From positions 1-27,785 of the forward strand of contig DSDX01000161.1 of NCBI GenBank assembly GCA_011048485.1: a DNA stretch of 27,785 nucleotides. The letters run 5' to 3'. Below the pieces are notes generated by a model that worked only from the letters and a program-made list of their open reading frames with translations, ran no database searches and was not told the DNA's origin. Positions 7,486-16,055 of this stretch are shown here, piece after piece; the stretch's first letter is position 1, and each line of letters starts with the position of its first letter. The DNA comes from Candidatus Aminicenantes bacterium (GTDB lineage Bacteria; Acidobacteriota; Aminicenantia; Aminicenantales; Saccharicenantaceae). A program made the position numbers and the translations under genes.

Positions 7486-8867
7486 AGCATAAGAAGGCCC
7501 TTTTCCTCTTCCACCGGGACTGCCGCCTCGATGACAACACGGGCCTCATCCGCGCCCTCGGCGGATCGGGAACGGTCGTCCCCGGCTTCGTCTTCGATCC
7601 GCGGCAGACCGGCCGCCACCCCTACAAGAGCGACAACGCCCTCCAGTTCCTCGTCGCCTCCCTCAAGGAGCTCGACGGGGAGCTCCGGGAGCGGGGTTCC
7701 CGGCTCTATCTCTTTTTCGGGGAGACGGAGAAGGTGGTCGCCGGCCTCCTCCGCGCCGAGGGCCTCGACGCGGTCTATTTCAACCGGGACTACACCCCCT
7801 TCAGCCGGAGCCGCGACGAGGCCGTGGCGGAGGTCTGCCGGGAGCAGGGCGCGGCCTGCGTTCCCTGCGGCGACGCCCTCCTCAACGAGCCCGAGGAGGT
7901 CGCCAAGGCCGACGGCGGCCCCTACACGGTCTTCACGCCCTTCTTCCGGGCGGCCCGGTCGATCGCCGCGCGGCCGCCGCGCAAGAACGGCTTCGCGAAC
8001 TTTTTCTCGGGGAGCATCAAGGCCGAGGCCGGCGAAGACGTTTTCGGCCGGGTGGCCGGGGAACAGAACGACCGGCTCTACCGAAAGGGCGGGCGCCGGG
8101 AAGCCCTGGGCATTCTCCGGAAGCTGGGCCGGCTTAAGGATTACGAGACGACGCGCGACCGGCCCGCGCTCGAGGGTACGACCGGCCTCTCCCCCCACAA
8201 CAAGTTCGGCACCGTCTCGGTCCGGGACGTCCACCGGGCCGTGACCCGGCGGCTCGGCCGCGGCCACCCCGTCATCCGCCAGCTCTACTGGCGGGATTTT
8301 TTCTGTCATGTCGCCGTCCATTTCGAGCGCGTGTTCGGCCGGCCGTTCCACGCCGTCTACGAGCGGCTGCCGTGGCGGGACGATCCGGACCGGTTCCGCC
8401 GCTGGCGGGAGGGGACGACCGGTTTTCCCATCGTTGACGCCGGCATGCGCCAGCTCGACGAGACCGGGTTCATGCACAACCGCGTCCGCATGGTCTGCGC
8501 CTCCTTCCTGGTCAAGGACCTCCACATCGACTGGCGGGAAGGGGAGAGACACTTCGCGACCAGGCTCGAGGACTACGACCCCGCGGTCAACAACGGCAAC
8601 TGGCAGTGGGTGGCCTCGACGGGCTGCGACGCGGCGCCCTATTTCCGCATCTTCAATCCCTGGCTGCAGCAGAAACGCTACGATCCCGAGGCCGCCTACA
8701 TCAAGCGTTGGGTGCCCGAGCTCCGGGCGATGGAGCCCGGCTTGATCCACCGCCTGGATAGGCTGGAGGGGAAGCGCCCAGGGGGATATCCCGCTCCCAT
8801 CGTCGACCATGCCGCCGAGAGCGTCCGGGCCCTCGGAATGTACCGGCAGGCCCGCAGCGGCGGCTGA
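7482..8867 (+). CDS. phrB: Deoxyribodipyrimidine (CPD) photolyase, photolyase/cryptochrome family
   Basis: 461 aa. TTG start overlaps the DUF1295 stop (TTGA). RDCRLDDNTGL N-terminus; TGFPIVDAGMRQL..GFMHNRVRM, IDWREGE, NNGNWQW and RIFNP..Q..YDP..YIKRWVPEL in the FAD domain. Confidence 0.93.
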   Translation: MKHKKALFLFHRDCRLDDNTGLIRALGGSGTVVPGFVFDPRQTGRHPYKSDNALQFLVASLKELDGELRERGSRLYLFFGETEKVVAGLLRAEGLDAVYFNRDYTPFSRSRDEAVAEVCREQGAACVPCGDALLNEPEEVAKADGGPYTVFTPFFRAARSIAARPPRKNGFANFFSGSIKAEAGEDVFGRVAGEQNDRLYRKGGRREALGILRKLGRLKDYETTRDRPALEGTTGLSPHNKFGTVSVRDVHRAVTRRLGRGHPVIRQLYWRDFFCHVAVHFERVFGRPFHAVYERLPWRDDPDRFRRWREGTTGFPIVDAGMRQLDETGFMHNRVRMVCASFLVKDLHIDWREGERHFATRLEDYDPAVNNGNWQWVASTGCDAAPYFRIFNPWLQQKRYDPEAAYIKRWVPELRAMEPGLIHRLDRLEGKRPGGYPAPIVDHAAESVRALGMYRQARSGG

Positions 8868-9104
8868 CGAGGCGCGACCTCCCCGCGAAGGTCCCGGCCC
8901 GGTCGCCAAGGCGGAAACCTCAAAGCCGGGCGGGACTTCGGCGTCTAAATAGTCAGAGGCGTCCGTGGTTTCCGGAGAAAGGCGCGCCGCCCGCTCCCGC
9001 TCGCGGGGAGGGGGGCTAGCCGGGAGGATCGGATTTTCCCCCGGGAAATCCTCCCTGAGGGGGATGAGGGCTGCCGCCGTCCCCGGCCATGATATCCGGG
9101 ACCC

Positions 9105-9133
9105 TTGACTTCGCCCCCGGCGGGGCTTAATAT
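9105..9133 (+). promoter_or_regulatory. sigma70-type promoter TTGACT-N17-TAATAT
   Basis: -35 at 9105-9110, -10 at 9128-9133. AGGAGGAGG SD before the ATG at 9183. Confidence 0.65.
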
Positions 9134-9182
9134 AGCTTTGGCAAGGGGTTTCGAGTCTTTCCGGCTAAGGAGGAGGATCCTG

Positions 9183-10994
9183 ATGAGCCGTTTCCGCCGC
9201 TATTTGACATCATCCGTCCTTACGATCGCGATCTGCGCCGGTTTCGGGCTCGTGACCTCGTGCAATATCGCCGGGACCGGGTCGGGAGGCACGGGCCGCC
9301 TGATCCTGCTCATGACCGACGCCCCGACCGACGATTGGACCGAGGTCACGGTCCATTTCCTGTCCGCCCGCCTCCATCGCCAGGGCGGAGCCTGGGAGGA
9401 CTTCTGGACGGCGGATCCCGCGGATCCGGCCTCCGGCAAGGTCAACCTCATCGACCTCAGCGGCGTCACCGACATCTTCAACGTGGCCGAGATCGCGGCC
9501 GGCACCTACGATCGCATCAAGCTCGTCCTGAACACGAGTCCGGCGGCCGATTCGATGAACCTCGTCACGGTCGACGGCGCGGTCATCCCGCCCCAGGACA
9601 TCACCGTCGTCGATCCGACCGGGAAGGGCGAGATCGTCGTCGACCTCGACCCGCGCCTCGTCGTCGAGGCGGGCGAGAACAACCTTGTCGGCATCGATTT
9701 CGACCTGGCCCACCCGTTGTCGATCGTCAACCTCGGCGGTAAGGTCGTCATCAGCCTGAAGGTCCGCCACAAGATCCTGCCGCGGAACCTCAACCGGGTC
9801 CAGTTCGCCCGGACGCTGGGGGACATCACCGAGGCCGCGGCCAACGCGGACGGCACGGCCACGTTCTCGGTCAAGAACCTCCAGGGGGCCACGATCACGT
9901 TCAACGCCGACGGCCTCACGATCTACTCCGACGTCAGTTCCGGCGCGGGCGCCGCGGGGAACTTCGAGGGCCTGCTGGCCCTGGCCGGCGGCGGGGCCGC
10001 CCTGGTCGCCTCGAACATGAACTCGGACGGCAGCCTTTACGCCCGGCGGGTCTGGTACGCCGACAGCATCGACAAGCTGCCCCAGTTCAGCCCCGAGGGC
10101 CTGGTCCGGCGCGTCGGCGACTACTGGCTCAGCATCCAGGGCAAAAAGGCGGAGGCCCTGTCGACACGCCATTACCACCGCTGCCGCTGGGACGCGGAGA
10201 CGGTCTTCGTCAACGACGACACGGCCTGGAGCTTCCAGGGTGAGGACATGGGCGTCAAGGGCGTTGACGGCCTGCGGCACGTCGCCCGGGGCTTCCGGGT
10301 CGAGGCCGTCGCCGTCGACGAGAACGTCACGCCGAAGATCGCCCGGTCGATCAACATCCAATACGCCCACGCCGAGGGCATCGTCACGGAGCCGACGCTC
10401 GAGGGCTTCACGCTGGGCTGGTCCTGGCGCGCCCGGGCCATGGCCTACAGCGCCGTTTCCGGGCGCGAGTTCGGTTGGTGGTTCTATGGGCTGGACTCGA
10501 CCCGGTCCTCCGACCGTCAGGCCCTCATCGACACGGCCGCGGCGGCCCGCGAGGCCCGGCTCTGGGTCTTCGCCTGGGCCGGCTTGGCTTGGGACGCCGC
10601 CGGGACACGGTGGGTCGTCGAGAACCTTGTCCTGGCCCCCATGAAGCTGCACGAGCTCACCAGGATCACCGGGGGCTACGGCACGGTGGAGGGGAACCCC
10701 GAGGCCATCGTCGTTTCGACCTTCAACGGCTGGGACCTGACGACGCCGGAGCTCCTGACCATCGAGCTCGACCACGACGCCGAGGACGCGATCCAGACCA
10801 TCGTCGGCTCGTTCATCTGGCGGGCCGACACGAACGTCGTGACGTTCACGCTGCCGGTCCTGCCCGATCAGTGGGACGAGCTCCTCACACCGGCCGTCGA
10901 CAAGGTCAGGATCTGGGTCCATCCGGTCTGGGAGGACGACGGGACCTTCGCCTGGCACGCCACCAGCGTATTGGTCTACCAGTTCATCCGCTGA
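9183..10994 (+). CDS. Second DUF4382-domain lipoprotein with a long C-terminal region (possibly DUF5666-like OB-fold repeats)
   Basis: 603 aa from the SD-supported ATG. Lipobox GLVTSC; GRLILLMTDAP..VTVHF, AGTYDRIKL and IDFDLAHPL fit DUF4382. The C-terminal repeat assignment is tentative. Confidence 0.72.
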   Translation: MSRFRRYLTSSVLTIAICAGFGLVTSCNIAGTGSGGTGRLILLMTDAPTDDWTEVTVHFLSARLHRQGGAWEDFWTADPADPASGKVNLIDLSGVTDIFNVAEIAAGTYDRIKLVLNTSPAADSMNLVTVDGAVIPPQDITVVDPTGKGEIVVDLDPRLVVEAGENNLVGIDFDLAHPLSIVNLGGKVVISLKVRHKILPRNLNRVQFARTLGDITEAAANADGTATFSVKNLQGATITFNADGLTIYSDVSSGAGAAGNFEGLLALAGGGAALVASNMNSDGSLYARRVWYADSIDKLPQFSPEGLVRRVGDYWLSIQGKKAEALSTRHYHRCRWDAETVFVNDDTAWSFQGEDMGVKGVDGLRHVARGFRVEAVAVDENVTPKIARSINIQYAHAEGIVTEPTLEGFTLGWSWRARAMAYSAVSGREFGWWFYGLDSTRSSDRQALIDTAAAAREARLWVFAWAGLAWDAAGTRWVVENLVLAPMKLHELTRITGGYGTVEGNPEAIVVSTFNGWDLTTPELLTIELDHDAEDAIQTIVGSFIWRADTNVVTFTLPVLPDQWDELLTPAVDKVRIWVHPVWEDDGTFAWHATSVLVYQFIR

Positions 10995-11015
10995 GACCGG
11001 CGGCCCCTTATTCGG

Positions 11016-11044
11016 TTGACACCCCGGAAGGTGAACCCTATAAT
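11016..11044 (+). promoter_or_regulatory. Perfect consensus sigma70 promoter TTGACA-N17-TATAAT driving ssrA
   Basis: TTGACA 11016-11021 and TATAAT 11039-11044, 19 nt before the mature tmRNA 5' end. Confidence 0.9.
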
Positions 11045-11063
11045 AACAAGTCGAAAGGAGTAT

Positions 11064-11415
11064 GGGGGCGAACTGGTTTCGACGGAGGTAATGAGACACA
11101 GGTTGCACGTCGAGGTCCCACCCACCTCGCTAAACAGGTGGAAACAATTTAACTGCAGAACCTCTAGCAGTCGCGGCCTAAGAGAAAGGCACGCCGTTCC
11201 CGGGATCCCCTCCCGCAGGGTTTCGGGAGCGTCAAACGGGCGGGATAGCGAGCCGGTCCGGCTTCGAGGCCGGGGAGCGAACCACCATCGGGGCTGGCCT
11301 CGCGGCGCTTTTCCTCTTCGAGCGCCGGGGGGCGAGAACAAGGAAGAGGATAAGCGTGTAGAGACCTGATGTGGAATGCTTTCGGACGCGGGTTCGATTC
11401 CCGCCGCCTCCACCA
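11064..11415 (+). ncRNA. ssrA: tmRNA (one-piece, about 352 nt)
   Basis: 5' GGGGGCG pairs with 3' CGCCTCC-A-CCA, including the G3:U alanine identity pair. GGTTTCGAC 5' motif; T arm GCGGG-TTCGATT-CCCGC; helix 2 (CAGGT-TGCACG / CGTGTA-GAG-ACCTG); pk1 GAGGT/ACCTC plus CCACC/GGTGG; internal tag ORF present. Confidence 0.97.
11155..11181 (+). other. tmRNA proteolysis tag reading frame (A)AEPLAVAA*
   Basis: TTTAACT context precedes the GCA resume codon: GCA GAA CCT CTA GCA GTC GCG GCC TAA, ending in Ala-Ala. Confidence 0.85.
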
Positions 11416-11424
11416 GATCTGCGT

Positions 11425-12210
11425 ATGAAGACGCTCAGGCTCATGAGGCTGGCCCCGGCAGCGGCCATCGCCGTCGCCGCCATCGTCGCCCTCCTCGTTC
11501 CCGGCCCGGCCTCGGCGGCCCAGGACCGGGCCCTTCAGACCATCGTCATCGATCCCGGCCACGGCGGCCTCGAGGTGGGGGCCAAGGGCCGCTTCGGCAA
11601 CGTCGAGAAGGACATCACCCTGGCCATTGGCCTCAAGCTCAAGGCCCGGATCGAGAAGGACATGGGCTACGAGGTCGTCCTGACCCGGGACCGCGATATC
11701 GACGTCTCCATCGAGAACCGCGCGGCCATCGCCAACAACCACAAGGCCGCCGTGTTCGTCAGCATCCACGCCAACGGGGCTATCCAGAAGAAAGCGGAAG
11801 GCTCGGAGACCTTCTTCCTCAGCCTCAACGCCACCGACGAGGAGACGCGCCGGCTGGCCTACCTGGAGAACAACTCCACGGAGCTCCAGAGCCGCATCGA
11901 TCCTTCCTCCGAGGACGACCTCATGATGATCCTCTGGGACATGGCCCAAAACGCCTATATCAAGGAGAGCAGCCGCCTGGCTGAATTCGTCCAGATGGAG
12001 CTCGACGCCATGCTCGGGCTCAGGAACCGGGGCGTCAAGCAGGCTCCCTTCAAGGTCCTGCGGGGCGTCGCCTGTCCGGCCGTGCTCGTCGAGGCCGCTT
12101 TCCTGTCCAATCCGGACGAGGAGCAGAAGCTGGCCTCGGACGCCTACCAGACCCGGATCGCCGAGGCCATCTATCGCGGATTGACCCGCTTCCTCCGTTC
12201 GCGCGGGTGA
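11425..12210 (+). CDS. N-acetylmuramoyl-L-alanine amidase (Amidase_3), exported
   Basis: 261 aa from ATG 11425; the upstream ORF-track extension lies inside tmRNA. Signal peptide; zinc and catalytic motifs IVIDPGHGG, EKDITL, FVSIHAN and VLVEAAF. Confidence 0.92.
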   Translation: MKTLRLMRLAPAAAIAVAAIVALLVPGPASAAQDRALQTIVIDPGHGGLEVGAKGRFGNVEKDITLAIGLKLKARIEKDMGYEVVLTRDRDIDVSIENRAAIANNHKAAVFVSIHANGAIQKKAEGSETFFLSLNATDEETRRLAYLENNSTELQSRIDPSSEDDLMMILWDMAQNAYIKESSRLAEFVQMELDAMLGLRNRGVKQAPFKVLRGVACPAVLVEAAFLSNPDEEQKLASDAYQTRIAEAIYRGLTRFLRSRG

Positions 12211-12222
12211 GGTGAGGACGCC

Positions 12223-12822
12223 ATGGCCGAAGACCGCAAGCCCGGGATCCCGAAGCAAGCGCTCGTTCTCGGCGCCCTGGTCGTCGTCCTCCTCGTCCTC
12301 GTGATCATCTTCTTCACCGGGGGAGGCGAGGAACGGGTCGAGCGCGTCGCCGACACGGGCGCTCCCCCGGTCCCCGAGGCCCCCGAGCCTGAACCGGCCC
12401 TGAGGGCGGTGACCCTATTCTTCGTCGCCGACGGTGACGACCTCCTCCACAAGGAGGTCCGCGAGATCGCCGCCGGACCGAGCGAGGCCGACGAGGCCGA
12501 GAGGGCCTTGGCCGAGCTCATCAGGGGTTCGGAAGAGGGCTTCGTGTCGCCGCTCCCGCCCGGGACCCGGGTCCGCCAGGTGTTCATCGGCGGGGACGGG
12601 CTGGCGACCGTCGACTTCAGCCGCGAGATCGCCGACAGCCTGTCCTACGGCTCCACGTCCGAGCTGGCGGCGGTCTACGCCGTCGTCAACACGCTAGCCT
12701 TCAACTTCAAGCCGGTCAAGAAGGTCCTCCTGCTCGTCGAGGGGGCTGAGAGGGAGACTCTGGGCGGCCACGTCGACCTGTCGCGGGCCTTTTTTCCCGA
12801 TCTGTCGCTGGTCGCGAGATAA
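12223..12822 (+). CDS. GerMN-domain membrane-anchored protein
   Basis: 199 aa. N-terminal TM helix, Pro-rich linker, VTLFF, ALAELIRG..SPLPPGTRV..ATVDFS, ELAAVYAVVNTL and ETLGGHVDLS. Confidence 0.88.
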   Translation: MAEDRKPGIPKQALVLGALVVVLLVLVIIFFTGGGEERVERVADTGAPPVPEAPEPEPALRAVTLFFVADGDDLLHKEVREIAAGPSEADEAERALAELIRGSEEGFVSPLPPGTRVRQVFIGGDGLATVDFSREIADSLSYGSTSELAAVYAVVNTLAFNFKPVKKVLLLVEGAERETLGGHVDLSRAFFPDLSLVAR

Positions 12823-12834
12823 GCCGGGGCGGCC

Positions 12835-14151
12835 GTGGCCAAGCTCCCCCGCGTCGTCATCGTCGGCTTCCCCAACGTCGGCAAATCCACCCTTTTCAAC
12901 CGTATCCTGGGGCGCCGGCTGGCCCTCGTCCACGCCGATCCGGGCATGACCCGCGACAGCGTTCCCGCCCCGTGCGAGCTCGGCGGGCGGCGCTTTATCC
13001 TGGTCGATACGGGCGGACTTTTCGGCGTGGCCGAGGAGCCCCTGAGCGACAAGGTCCGCGCCAAGGCCCTGGCCGAGGCGGCCGCCGCCGACCTGGTGCT
13101 CTTCGTCCTCGACGGGATGCGCGATATCGCCCCGGCCGAGGAGGATCTCTATCTCCGGATCAAGCGCAGCGGCCGGCCGCTCATCCTCGTCGTCAACAAG
13201 TTCGATTCCCCCTCCAAGGAGGAATCGATGACGGCCGACTATTACCGGCTCGGGGAGGAGCGGATCCACTTCATCTCCGCCGAGCACAAGCTCAACCTCG
13301 GGGCCCTCGAGGAGGCCATCGTCGAGGCCTTGCCGGCCGGCGCCCCCGCCCCGGCGGGGGGAGAGCCCTTGCGCATCGCCATCGTGGGCCGGACCAATGT
13401 CGGCAAGTCGTCGCTCGTCAACCGCCTGGCGGGGGATGAGCGGCTCATCGTCAGCGAGATCCCCGGCACGACGCGCGACAGCACGGACACCCTCCTCGTC
13501 CGGGACGGGAAGCCCTTCTGCCTCGTCGATACGGCCGGCATCCGCAGGATGGCCGCCGCCGCGGACGGGCGGGAAAAGGCCGGCGTCGTCCGGGCCAAGG
13601 CCAGCATCCGCCGGGCCGACGTCGTCTGTCTGGTGCTGGACGCCCGGGAGTTCCCCACGCGGCAGGACGCCCGGATCGCCCAGCTGGCCCTCGAATCGGG
13701 CCGGCCCCTGGTCATGGCCCTCAATAAGTGGGACCTCGTCGACAAGAGCGCCGTCCGGCCGGAGGCCGTCCGGGAGCGGGTCTTCCGCAAGCTCGGCTTC
13801 GTCGCCTACGCCCCGCTCCTGTTCGTTTCGGCCAAGACGGGCCAGCGGGTCACCAAGATCCTGGACGCGGCGGAGGAGGTCTTCGAGGGCGGGAAGATCC
13901 GGGTCGAGACCTCCAAGCTGAACGCGTTCCTGGCCCGGGTGACCGAGGCCCAAGCGCCCCGCCTGAAGAGCGGGGCCCGGGCCAAGCTCCGCTACATCAC
14001 CCAGAAGGGGATCCTGCCCCCGACATTCGTCCTGTTCCTGGGCTCCCGCGGGCCGCTCGCCCCGGCCTACGAGAAGTTCCTCCTCGAGGCCCTGCGCCGG
14101 GAATTCGGCTTCATCGGAACCCCCCTCAAGCTCGTCGTCCGGACCAGCTGA
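12835..14151 (+). CDS. der: Ribosome biogenesis GTPase Der (EngA)
   Basis: 438 aa, GTG start. Tandem GTPase domains GFPNVGKS/DTGG/NKFD and GRTNVGKS/DTAG/NKWD, plus a C-terminal KH-like domain (PPTFVLF..FGFIGTPLKL). Confidence 0.96.
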   Translation: MAKLPRVVIVGFPNVGKSTLFNRILGRRLALVHADPGMTRDSVPAPCELGGRRFILVDTGGLFGVAEEPLSDKVRAKALAEAAAADLVLFVLDGMRDIAPAEEDLYLRIKRSGRPLILVVNKFDSPSKEESMTADYYRLGEERIHFISAEHKLNLGALEEAIVEALPAGAPAPAGGEPLRIAIVGRTNVGKSSLVNRLAGDERLIVSEIPGTTRDSTDTLLVRDGKPFCLVDTAGIRRMAAAADGREKAGVVRAKASIRRADVVCLVLDAREFPTRQDARIAQLALESGRPLVMALNKWDLVDKSAVRPEAVRERVFRKLGFVAYAPLLFVSAKTGQRVTKILDAAEEVFEGGKIRVETSKLNAFLARVTEAQAPRLKSGARAKLRYITQKGILPPTFVLFLGSRGPLAPAYEKFLLEALRREFGFIGTPLKLVVRTS

Positions 14152-14165
14152 AGACCCCGGGCTGG

Positions 14166-14188
14166 GGCCTCCCCGGAGGGCCTTTTTT
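14166..14188 (+). terminator. Intrinsic terminator after der
   Basis: GGCCTC-CCCG-GAGGGCC hairpin (one bulge) followed by TTTTTT. Confidence 0.6.
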
Positions 14189-14189
14189 C

Positions 14190-14218
14190 TTGACTTTGCG
14201 GGAGCCATCGTTTATAAA
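14190..14218 (+). promoter_or_regulatory. sigma70-type promoter TTGACT-N17-TATAAA
   Basis: Directly follows the terminator. AAGGAGG SD before the ATG at 14270. Confidence 0.6.
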
Positions 14219-14269
14219 TAGGTTCTTGTCTTTCCGCGTCATTTGCTTTTGATCGTCAAGGAGGTCAGG

Positions 14270-15265
14270 ATGTCTCGAAAGACGACCCAGAGGTTCATGC
14301 TCGCCGCCGTCACGGTGGCGGTGATCTTCGCGCTCTCGGGCTGCCAGGATATCTCCTATTCCAAGCTCGCCGCGAACCACCATTTCGGCAGGGCCAACAG
14401 CTTTTTCAGGGAGAACCAGTACCGGAAGGCCATCACCGAGTACGAACTGACGCTCAAGTACAACCCCAATCTCACCCAGGCCTACCGCTTCCTGGGCGAG
14501 AGCTATAAGCAGCTCTACAAGCCCGGGGTCGACACGCCCATCAACAAGGAGCTCGAACAGAACACGCTCGACGCCCTGACCAAGGCCCTCGAGATCGAGC
14601 CCAACAACAAGGATATCATCTATTCCCTCGGCGACATGTACGACAAGCTCCGCAAGTACGACGAGGCCGAGAAGCTCTACCTCCGGATCATCGAGCTCCA
14701 GCCGGAGAACATGGACAACTACTACGTCGTGGCCGAGTTCTACAAGCGCTACGCCGGCGAGAACGAGGCGGCCGCCGAGAAGGCGAGATCCATGTACCTG
14801 CGCCGGATCGAGACCGACCCCGAGAACCCCCAGGGCTACGCCTACATGGCCACCTACCTCCAGGAGGTCTCCGGCGAGCCCGAGGAGATGCTGAAGTCCT
14901 TCGAGAAGGCGGCCGAGTTCTGGAAGAAGAGGATCACCTTGCAGCCCGATTCCGCCGAGGCCTGGCTGGCCCTCGGCGTCAACCAGTGGTCGCGGTCCTA
15001 CCGTTTCCAGTTCCTGGGAAACGCCGAGCGGCTCAGGATCGCCAATGAGGCCCTCGAGTCCATCAACAAGGCCATCGAGCTCGACCCGGAATACCCGGAG
15101 CCCTATGCCTGGATGGGCCCCCTCTACAAGGCCGTTCTGGCCAAGCTCCAGCCCGAGATGGAGACCCGCTACAACGCCGAGGGCGACCGCTACCTCGAGC
15201 GTTTCCAGGAGCTGCGCAAGCGGGCCGCCGAGCGCAAGAAGCTCGAGGACGAGCTGAGGAAGTAG
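14270..15265 (+). CDS. Tetratricopeptide-repeat lipoprotein
   Basis: 331 aa. Lipobox ALSGC; several TPR motifs (AYRFLGESY, ALEIEPNN..LGDMY, AIELDPEYPEPY). Confidence 0.85.
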   Translation: MSRKTTQRFMLAAVTVAVIFALSGCQDISYSKLAANHHFGRANSFFRENQYRKAITEYELTLKYNPNLTQAYRFLGESYKQLYKPGVDTPINKELEQNTLDALTKALEIEPNNKDIIYSLGDMYDKLRKYDEAEKLYLRIIELQPENMDNYYVVAEFYKRYAGENEAAAEKARSMYLRRIETDPENPQGYAYMATYLQEVSGEPEEMLKSFEKAAEFWKKRITLQPDSAEAWLALGVNQWSRSYRFQFLGNAERLRIANEALESINKAIELDPEYPEPYAWMGPLYKAVLAKLQPEMETRYNAEGDRYLERFQELRKRAAERKKLEDELRK

Positions 15266-15292
15266 CCCGGCCCTGATCCCGAAATCCCCCGC

Positions 15293-15330
15293 ATGCGCTC
15301 CGCCCGCCGGGCGGAGCGCATTATTCGTTT
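15293..15330 (+). terminator. Perfect 13-bp hairpin ATGCGCTCCGCCC-gcc-GGGCGGAGCGCAT with a weak T tail
   Basis: Lies between the TPR stop and the rhomboid start; followed by TATTCGTTT. Confidence 0.5.
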
Positions 15331-15335
15331 AGGCC

Positions 15336-16019
15336 ATGTTCATCCCCCTGCGCGACGACAACCCGACCTCGCGTCTGCCCATCGTGACGGTCGCCCTCAT
15401 CGCCGTGAACACCGTCGTCTTTCTCACCCAGGCGGTCGTTCCCCGCGGCCTGGAGATGGCCGCCCTCCGCTATGGGGCCGTGCCCTACGCCGTCGTCCAT
15501 TTCCGGGCCATGGCCGAGACGGCCGTCGTGCCGCCCCTTCTGACCCTCCTGACGAGCATGTTCCTCCACGGCAGCCTCTTCCATCTGCTCGGCAACATGC
15601 TCTACCTTTGGATCTTCGGCAACAACATCGAGGACCGGCTCGGGCACGCCCGGTTCGCGCTTTTCTATCTCGTCGCCGGCGTCGCGGCGGCCCTGACGCA
15701 CATCCTGATCCAGCCCGCCTCCCGGATCCCGATGATCGGGGCCAGCGGGGCCGTCGCCGGGGTCCTCGGGGCCTACTGGGTGATCTTCCCCCACGCCCGG
15801 GTCAGGACCTTCGTCTTCCTGTTCCTCTATATCGATGTCATTTCCATCCCGGCCGGCATCGTGCTCGGGCTCTGGTTCCTCCTCCAGGTCCTCAATCTCG
15901 GCATGGGGGGCGGGGTGGCCTGGTTCGCCCATATCGGGGGTTTCCTGGCCGGCATCCTCCTCGTAAGGCTGGCCCTGGGCCCGGGATTCGGACGGCCGCG
16001 TTGGCATCCCGGGAGATGA
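15336..16019 (+). CDS. Rhomboid-family intramembrane serine protease
   Basis: 227 aa. MFIPLRDDNP start, SMFLHG..HLLGNMLYLWIFG, catalytic GASGA and AHIGG motifs. Confidence 0.94.
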   Translation: MFIPLRDDNPTSRLPIVTVALIAVNTVVFLTQAVVPRGLEMAALRYGAVPYAVVHFRAMAETAVVPPLLTLLTSMFLHGSLFHLLGNMLYLWIFGNNIEDRLGHARFALFYLVAGVAAALTHILIQPASRIPMIGASGAVAGVLGAYWVIFPHARVRTFVFLFLYIDVISIPAGIVLGLWFLLQVLNLGMGGGVAWFAHIGGFLAGILLVRLALGPGFGRPRWHPGR

Positions 16020-16055
16020 TCCTTTGGCCGAGAAACGGGGCGGGGCCGGGATCAG

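Noticed and set aside
8910-8960. Faint likeness to a c-di-GMP-I riboswitch (GGAAACC..CAAAGCC..TCTAA)
   Set aside because: The GNRA-capped hairpin between the motifs is missing, and the downstream gene's promoter lies 3' of this sequence.
10976-11413. ORFs 11016-11369 (+) and 10976-11413 (-), and the 11371 start for the amidase
   Set aside because: They overlap the tmRNA gene. MEAAGIEPAS is the typical antisense translation of a tRNA-like T arm.
15336-16019. Rhomboid as the protease that cleaves the anti-sigma factor
   Set aside because: It is more than 5 kb away, on the other strand, and has no ECF-type promoter. Nothing in the sequence links them.
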